Of a DNA stretch of 5,636 nt, positions 1 to 5,636 are shown piece by piece. Numbering within the stretch: position 1 is the first letter of the stretch; each line of letters starts with the position of its first letter. The position numbers were made by a program, and so were the translations under genes. This DNA comes from Trichoplax adhaerens (taxonomy: Eukaryota; Animalia; Placozoa). The notes beneath the pieces are model-generated. The model worked only from the letters and a program-made list of their open reading frames with translations, was not told the origin of the DNA and searched no databases. The stretch is from contig NW_002061045.1 in NCBI RefSeq assembly GCF_000150275.1, forward strand, positions 1 to 5,636, written 5' to 3'.

Positions 1-264
1 AGTATGAGACCCGAGTCTGACAATTCTCAAAACAGCATGCAAAGACTATGGTACTGCTAAGATTATTGTATGAATTATCCTTACAATATTCCCAATATTC
101 TAGTAATGAGGCCACGAGTCTGACAATTCTCAAAATAGCATGCAAAGACTATGGTACTGCTGGGGTTATTGTGTGAATTATCCTTACAATATTCGCAATA
201 TTCTAGTAATGAAACCACGAGTCTGACAATTCTCAAAATAGCATGCAAAGACTATGGTACTGCT
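1..264. repeat. Tandem repeat, 103-bp unit, about 2.5 copies (may continue left of the window)
   Basis: cgagtctgacaattctcaaaa starts at 12, 115 and 218. By eye there are about 8 mismatches between the two full units. Confidence 0.95.
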
Positions 265-1085
265 GCAGTTAGGTTGAGGATTTACGAAGGAACTTGAGAA
301 AGTGGAAGTGAATTGCTTGAAATGAATACAAATTAAAGGAACTGGAATGACTGAGCAAAATCAAATATGGAACATCACTATTGTACCATATCCTAGTAGA
401 TATAGATATTTGCAACATGTGATGTGACTGTATTACAGCAGATAATTAAAATACAAGGGTAGAGTAGAAAGCCAAATCCATTCCGTCATTCCTATTTCGA
501 TAAGTTGATAGCATATACAAGAAAAGCTACGGTGTTACAATGAAGGCGATGTGACGACTATTCTCAAAACAGAATACAAGGACTTTGCTACTGTTGAAGT
601 CAGGTTGCGGATTTGCGGAGGAACTTGAAAGTGGCAATGAATTGCTTGAAATGAATAGAAATAAATAGTAATGATTGTACAGAGAATATTACCAATATTC
701 TGGTAATGAGACAATGAATGTGTTGTGCAAAGTTATTGAATTTCCTTATTTTAGTTCGTTGACTGAGCAAAGTGTACTATTATGATCAATCCATGCAACA
801 GCAACGCGCCATAATCCAACTGTAATGACTAAGCAAGATCGGATATAACGATAAACTACTATACCATATCCTAGTTCGCGTGGATATTTGCAACATGTGA
901 TCTTATTACAGTCGATAATACAAGCGTAGAGTAGTAAGCCAGATCCATTCCATGGAATGTGTTATTCTACAAGTTTATACTACGTAAAAGATGAGCTACA
1001 ATATTACGATGAGGACGGTGTGATGACAATTCTCAAAATAGCATGCAAAGATTATACTATTACTGGAGCTAGGTTGAGGATTTGG
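225..1085. repeat. Diverged higher-order direct repeat sharing a core with the 103-bp unit
   Basis: The core gacaattctcaaaatagcatgcaaagac recurs at 225, 556 (degenerate) and 1025. Block 225-330 resembles 556-660, block about 340-555 resembles about 818-1024, and 685-712 matches the aatatt.ccaatattct.gtaatgag part of the 103-mer. Confidence 0.85.
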
Positions 1086-1322
1086 GAAAGAGCTCTATTA
1101 GCAGAGTATTGATGCTAATAGTTATTCAGACAGAGCGGCACAGAATCAATTTGTAATAATATAAAGTACGTCAGTGACTGAATATTATGTTAGTCTTACA
1201 AAAATAGAGTAAATTCAGCAACAAAAGTACCCCAAAAAGTACCCTAACGTTAGTTATATAGACATTACAATTCGGTATTGTTTTTATTATCATAATTTAA
1301 CGTAACTTGTCCTAGACAAACC

Positions 1323-1433
1323 NNNNNNNNNNNNNNNNNNNNNNNNNNNNNNNNNNNNNNNNNNNNNNNNNNNNNNNNNNNNNNNNNNNNNNNNNNNNNN
1401 NNNNNNNNNNNNNNNNNNNNNNNNNNNNNNNNN
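1323..1433. other. Assembly gap (111 N)
   Basis: Run of N in the sequence. Confidence 0.99.
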
Positions 1434-1809
1434 TACGATGTACACATACGAAAAGGAAATTGTTATTTAATTGCAAATCGAAGATTGAACTGTACTTGTA
1501 AATGTAACTTTATGCCAAGATGCCAACTATAAAACTCGTCGTTCTATATAATGTAGGCTTAAGTTAGCATAGGTGGAGTTTATTAAAAGAGATGTCAACT
1601 TTCTTGATAAGGTTTAGTACGAACAGTTAAATTTTAAATGGAATTTGGTCAATTTACAGACAACATTAGCGAAACTTTCGAAGGCTATACCATGCGTTGA
1701 AAATCAAATACAAACGATTAGAACAAGACGTTGTTTATAAATAATGTCTTTATTGAAGGCGATAAATGGAGAGTTTAACAGTACAGTAAATATGCAATGC
1801 TGAAATTAC

Positions 1810-1880
1810 CTACAATGGACAAGATTGATGGCTTGATCGACAGTCGCAATATTGACAATCGGTAGTACTGGGCCAAATAT
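1810..1880 (-). CDS. ALDH3: ALDH3 exon H (71 nt): IFGPVLPIVNIATVDQAINLVHC(R)
   Basis: Acceptor acaaag| at 1882-1881 and donor |gtaatt at 1809. Completes the EEIFGP motif in phase with exon G. Confidence 0.9.
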
Positions 1881-1973
1881 CTTTGTAAATATACACAGCA
1901 ATGGACAGTATTAATGCTGGCGTTAGATTGAAAGTATTCTATATCTTTTAGCATCAGTAGATAATAGTGTTAC

Positions 1974-2100
1974 CTCTTCTTGCATTATAGGATCATTTGG
2001 TTCCGTGCCGATTAGGACGGTTGGAGAAATAAACTTATCTTCTCTATCAATCTCTCCTCCAACGGCAACTTTCTTTTTATCAATTAAACGAGCGACTCTT
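1974..2100 (-). CDS. ALDH3: ALDH3 exon G (127 nt): RVARLIDKKKVAVGGEIDREDKFISPTVLIGTEPNDPIMQEE
   Basis: Acceptor gggtag| at 2102-2101 and donor |gtaaca at 1973. Matches the ALDH3 pattern GG..D....I.PTVL......MQEE. Confidence 0.9.
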
Positions 2101-2209
2101 CTACCCAGCTTAAAATGACATCTTTAAAACTCATATTGACGTATTTAATCCAGGATTGCGTGGTATGGATAAAACGATTACTTTAATATCGTCATTGCAA
2201 TTTTCTTAC

Positions 2210-2304
2210 ATTTCCGTAAATTTTTTCAATTGATCCTTCAATTCTTCCACTCATTTTGGTTGAATATCTTTGCTACATAAGATATAGTCAGGAGCAATGC
2301 AATT
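2210..2304 (-). pseudogene. ALDH3: ALDH3 exon F (95 nt, premature stop): NCIAPDYILCSKDIQPK*VEELKDQLKKF/(YGN)
   Basis: Acceptor tcacag| at 2306-2305 and donor |gtaaga at 2209. The catalytic Cys codon TGC is at 2301-2299 and the TGA is at 2253-2251. Confidence 0.9.
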
Positions 2305-2377
2305 CTGTGAATCAGGTAAAAGAGAGATTCTATTTCTCTAGTTATAAGCATTATATAAGAAAAATTAGTTCAGATAC

Positions 2378-2460
2378 CTGGCTGGAATTGACATATTTGC
2401 CCCCAAGCGATGCGTTGAGCAGGAATGTTGATATTACAGATGTCATCAGTGATACATGGA
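2378..2460 (-). pseudogene. ALDH3: ALDH3 exon E (83 nt, +1 frameshift): (S)PCITDDICNINIPAQRIAWG/KYVNSSQ
   Basis: Acceptor aatcag| at 2462-2461 and donor |gtatct at 2377. SPC..D and RIAWG lie in one frame and KYVNSSQ in another (the latter is visible in ORF 2351..2614). Confidence 0.88.
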
Positions 2461-2604
2461 CTGATTGAAAAAAAGATTGGTGTAAATTATTCATAGCAGT
2501 CACATTATGCTGCATGTGAGATTTTACATTTTTGAAGAAGCTGTTATTTAGTATGCAGTAAATCATCGTATATCCTGAAATTGGAATACTAATTAGTGAA
2601 TAAC

Positions 2605-2768
2605 CTCTTTCCACCTAATTCCAAAGTAACTGGAGTCAGATGCTTTGAAGCAGCTTCCAGTACGATCTTGCCCACAAAACTGCCTCCAGTATAAAAGACA
2701 TGATCAAAGCGTTGCTTAAGGACCGCTTCTGCAAGGTTAAGCCCACCGAATATAACTGGATAACATTC
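2605..2768 (-). CDS. ALDH3: ALDH3 exon D (164 nt): [54 protein letters not shown](S)
   Basis: Acceptor atatag| at 2770-2769 and donor |gttatt at 2604. Contains the Rossmann-fold FYTG...VG segment and the LELGGKS glutamate motif (GAA at 2621-2619). Confidence 0.93.
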
Positions 2769-2800
2769 CTATATTGTATTATTCATTCGGTAAGCCATAC

Positions 2801-2977
2801 AGTGTGAGCAAACGTTTATTAACATTATGAAATTTGCAGAGTAGCATGCAATTTAGGTTAGTTACGCTATCTAAATATTTTGGTACAAGTGTGAGTAAAC
2901 GTTTATTAGCGTTATGAAATTTGCAGAGTAGAATGCAATTTAGGTTAGTTACACTATCTAAATATTTTGCTACAAGT
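2801..2977. repeat. Tandem duplication, 87-bp period, covering the 3' end of exon C, its splice donor and part of the intron
   Basis: agtgtgag.aaacgtttatta starts at 2801 and 2888; 6 mismatches over 90 nt by eye. Confidence 0.95.
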
Positions 2978-3038
2978 TCTGCAATAAGCTTTGTGGTATG
3001 ACTGGATACTTTGCAAGGTTTTAGAATAACACAGTTCC
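2953..3038 (-). CDS. ALDH3: ALDH3 exon C (86 nt): (G)NCVILKPCKVSSHTTKLIAELVAKYLDS
   Basis: Acceptor atgtag| at 3040-3039 and donor |gtaact at 2952. Contains the GN.V.LKP and KYLD motifs. Confidence 0.9.
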
Positions 3039-3140
3039 CTACATTGAATGAGGAAAAATATGATCTGCGTTAGATTGAAAGCCCAACTTGATTCAAAGAC
3101 GTATTGCCTGAGCAGCTAAGAATATCTGGATTTGATGAAT

Positions 3141-3372
3141 CGACAGCGATAGCTCCCACAGCTGGAGATAAGAGTACCTGAATTGGATAATTCCATGCAC
3201 CCATGACTAAGACAGTTCCCAACGGCTCATATCTGATCATGCAATCATCAAATTGATGAATGAAAGGTTTACTAACTCGATTGGATTCTACCCTTTGAGG
3301 TAACTCCTGCAAAGCAGTAACAATCTCATTGCGTACAAATGCCAATTCTGACAGCAGAATTTCTGCATAGGG
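3141..3372 (-). CDS. ALDH3: ALDH3 exon B (232 nt): PYAEILLSELAFVRNEIVTALQELPQRVESNRVSKPFIHQFDDCMIRYEPLGTVLVMGAWNYPIQVLLSPAVGAIAV(G)
   Basis: Acceptor ttatag| at 3374-3373. It overlaps ORF 3070..3345 and contains the WNYP motif. The 3' end is placed by homology and phase because the expected GT donor reads AT. Confidence 0.9.
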
Positions 3373-3758
3373 CTATAATAGAGTCGTAATAGCCATAGTT
3401 TAGAAGATAGTAGGATGTAAAATTGAAATACTGTGGTGTTTATGGCATTTAACTCAATAGCACAATAAATATCCTGAGACACGCAATAAAAGTAAATAGC
3501 TGCAGCTGTTGTCTGACATGTATCAATATTTTGGAAGATATTTGCCTTAGCAATAGTAAATCGAACTTTCTATTTACACGATGTCAATTGCATCATTCGG
3601 AAAAAGGTTTACAGTTTATTATATACAATCTATTTTTTCCATTATGTACAGAATGGATAAACGGAATAAGATAGTTGATGAAATGATTGTCTAATTATGA
3701 TATGGAATGATTTTAATTAACAATCAAGTAATTCTTGAATGAAATAAGAAATGCATAC

Positions 3759-3902
3759 CTTCTGCAAGTCCTCAAAAATTGGCTCGCAAATTTCTTTTTC
3801 TTGATCTTGTGTAAACTTCAGTAAAGTTCTTAGCTGCTTCTGCCGAAATTGAATGTTTCGGGTCTTACCAGAGTAGAAGGCCATACGTGCATTATCAACT
3901 AT
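3759..3902 (-). CDS. ALDH3: ALDH3 exon A (144 nt): IVDNARMAFYSGKTRNIQFRQKQLRTLLKFTQDQEKEICEPIFEDLQK
   Basis: Acceptor aaatag| at 3904-3903 and donor |gtatgc at 3758. The 48 open codons match the ALDH3 N-terminal helices (AF.SG.TR...FR..QL ... DL.K). Confidence 0.9.
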
Positions 3903-3914
3903 CTATTTATGACA

Positions 3915-4356
3915 AGAAAAATGGAAAATTTACAATACAGTGCTTGATAAAAGTTCCATCGGCATTTTCTACAGTATATAAGCTTGGCCTAAATTGCTTT
4001 ACTACCTCTGCAGAGAGACTCGGTGTAGTGCTACATGAGAATATATTGTATTGTTTATTTTTTCGATTTTGAAGGATACAGTGATGTCAATTGAATTGTC
4101 CAATTCGATAGTTTGATAACAGGAAAAAAATGTCAGAAAAATGAAAAATTTACAATGCAGTGCTTGACAAAAGTTCCATCGGCATTTTCTACAGTATATG
4201 AGTTTAGCCTAAATTGCTTTACTACCTCTACAGTGAGACTCGTTGTAGTGCTACATGAGAATATATTGCCTTGTTTATTTTTTCGATTTTGAAGGATGCA
4301 GTGATGTCAATTGAATTGTCGAATTTGATAGTTTGATAAGAGTAAAAAAAAATGTC
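3915..4356. repeat. Tandem duplication, 220-bp unit x2, immediately 5' of ALDH3 exon A
   Basis: 3915-4134 versus 4135-4356; about 16 substitutions and a 2-nt A-run indel by eye. Confidence 0.96.
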
Positions 4357-5065
4357 TGAATTTCGCCATTATTCAGCATTAGCTGCTCTGAGTATAGGGT
4401 GAGTTATTTTCAGCTGGAACAGAAATGCACACAATGATTGTATTCGTTTGTTATTTTGCATAGGGATAGAATTGTTTAGTTGTGTAGCAAAAAGATTACT
4501 AGTGGCTAGCATATCGAACGGTGGCCATCTGTAAATTCATAGGCATCGGGCTACATTAATCCATGCTGAATTGCTCATGGTATAATGTTGTAGGATAGCA
4601 AATGGACATGGTTTAAGAATGATCAGAATTGGAGGCTATAGCTTTTTCATGGTCATAATTGAATGAGAAGCTTAATCTGAATGTTGTCAATTTATAATAT
4701 TGGGTTACTTTCTTCATTTGTCAATTTATTGTTTTTTTATTGGAAACAGGCAGCATTTGTAATTTATAAATAGTTTCTATATTTCTTTATAAAGGGAGCG
4801 CTATTAGATTTTGTTCCAGCCGATTCTATAGTACTGTAGTGTCTAATTATCATGGATAGCAACCTGGCTAACTCGATCTATTGCAGTTTTAGCCATGGCA
4901 ATGAAAGAGTAAGCAATGGTTGTTAACATAGTTTCTTGACGATTGAATTGTTAATTAGTAGTAGATAGAGCAGGTAGTAATATGTCTTTCTACTTATAGA
5001 CTGAGACGAGAGAAAGCTGTTCTGAGAAGAGAACTTTATTACTCTAAGCCCGTTAGGTACAAGGT

Positions 5066-5078
5066 AGAGAGAGAGAGA
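5066..5078. repeat. Short (AG)6 microsatellite
   Basis: agagagagagaga at 5066-5078. Confidence 0.7.
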
Positions 5079-5232
5079 TACTGCTACATGTAATTTGTTT
5101 CCGACAGTATGCTATGGTACATTTGGTGTTTTCAAGATTGCTTTTGACAACCATCGTGGCAGCTGGCCACTAAATCATACACCGATTCCACTCACAGATT
5201 TTGATTACCTTGTAGACTTTGTACATCTTTGA

Positions 5233-5548
5233 TACTTGTCAACTACGTCTTATTACATGGCTCTACAGAGTCATGTTTTATCCAGTTTGTATGAGAATTG
5301 AGTATTGGTAAGTTCGTTGTAGCCAAAGTGTAAGGCAAGAGAATTACCCTGTAGGCAAAGCCATGATCAGGGTTGAAGAAATTGGATTTTTACTTGTCAA
5401 CTACGTCTTATTACATGGCTCTACAGAGTCATGTTTTATCCAGTTTGTATGAGAATTGAGTATTGGTAAGTTCGTTGTAGCCAAAGTGTAAGGCAAGAGA
5501 ATTACCCTGTAGGCAAAGCCATGATCAGGGTTGAAGAAATAGGATTTT
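5233..5548. repeat. Near-perfect tandem duplication, 158-bp unit x2
   Basis: 5233-5390 versus 5391-5548 are identical apart from one mismatch (t5383/a5541). Confidence 0.97.
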
Positions 5549-5636
5549 TTTAAATTATTTCTAATGCATTATTTTGTGTGTAAGCTGAAGTAGATTGGAA
5601 TCAATAATTCATCTACATACGATACCCCCTAGTGTT

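Larger units (their letters stand above)
1810..3902 (-). pseudogene. ALDH3: Spliced ALDH3-family (fatty aldehyde dehydrogenase, ALDH3A/3B-like) gene with multiple disabling lesions; 8 visible exons; start exon and C-terminal exons not identified
   Basis: Manual minus-strand translation gives collinear ALDH3 motifs: [102 protein letters not shown]. All but one exon boundary is GT-AG. Lesions: donor lost at 3140-3139, extra G at 2400-2404, TGA at 2253-2251. Confidence 0.88.

Noticed and set aside
12-1065. CRISPR-like array (recurring ~40-bp core)
   Set aside because: The intervening sequences are themselves repeats rather than unique spacers, the spacing is irregular, there are no cas genes, and the context is a spliceosomal-intron eukaryotic locus.
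1223-1244. aaaagtaccc direct repeat x2 as a target-site duplication
   Set aside because: The copies are adjacent with no element between them, which fits simple slippage.
1265-1447. 60-aa ORF from the ORF track
   Set aside because: It is an artefact of translating through the N gap.
2101-2123. HFK-encoding word in frame with exon G as a remnant of the missing segment
   Set aside because: It matches only three residues, is offset by extra codons and is preceded closely by a stop, so it is not distinguishable from chance.
2251-2253. TGA as selenocysteine or programmed readthrough
   Set aside because: It is not at the catalytic Cys, which is an ordinary TGC. It falls at a hydrophobic helix position, and other independent lesions are present.
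2210-2404. The +1 (exon E) and -1 (exon F) indels as a mutually rescuing pair
   Set aside because: The shifted frame reaches a TGA five codons into exon F and would lose the catalytic motif.
2256-2614. ORFs 2256..2468 (+) and 2351..2614 (-) as independent genes
   Set aside because: They are antisense or off-frame shadows of ALDH3 exons and introns. Only GKYVNSSQ is real ALDH sequence.
3039-3140. U12-type AT-AC intron at the lost donor
   Set aside because: The 5' end reads ATTCATC rather than ATATCCT, and the intron ends in AG.
4000-4009. let-7-like word (minus strand AGAGGTAGTA) in the 220-bp repeat
   Set aside because: The match is only 10 nt, the rest of the mature sequence diverges, and I see no convincing precursor hairpin.
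3288-4072. ORFs 3288..3482 (-) and 3887..4072 (+)
   Set aside because: They are short, have no recognisable motifs, and overlap an intron/alternate frame and a tandem repeat respectively.
4852-5173. Possible plus-strand gene (ATG 4852 to donor gtaagc at 4909; acceptor-like ccgacag at 5107)
   Set aside because: The spliced frame stops after about 40 codons and has no recognisable homology. The signals are compatible with chance.

Overview
AT-rich eukaryotic (probably animal) genomic DNA with an assembly gap (N run, 1323-1433). The main feature is a minus-strand, intron-containing class 3 aldehyde dehydrogenase (ALDH3/fatty aldehyde dehydrogenase family) gene. I translated eight exons by hand between 3902 and 1810. 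They retain the AWNYP, FYTG, LELGGKSP, catalytic Cys (CIAPDY) and EEIFGP motifs. As assembled, the gene is broken: one splice donor is lost (3140), there is a +1 frameshift (2400-2404), an in-frame TGA (2251-2253), a probable -1 deletion (about 2218-2226), a missing segment of about 18 codons, and no visible C-terminal exons. It is best read as an unprocessed pseudogene. Four separate local tandem duplications lie in or around it (103-bp with a higher-order structure, 87-bp, 220-bp and 158-bp units). I found no RNA genes, CRISPR array or transposon coding sequence, and no well-supported novel system. The findings concern gene decay, duplicated splice signals and local duplication.
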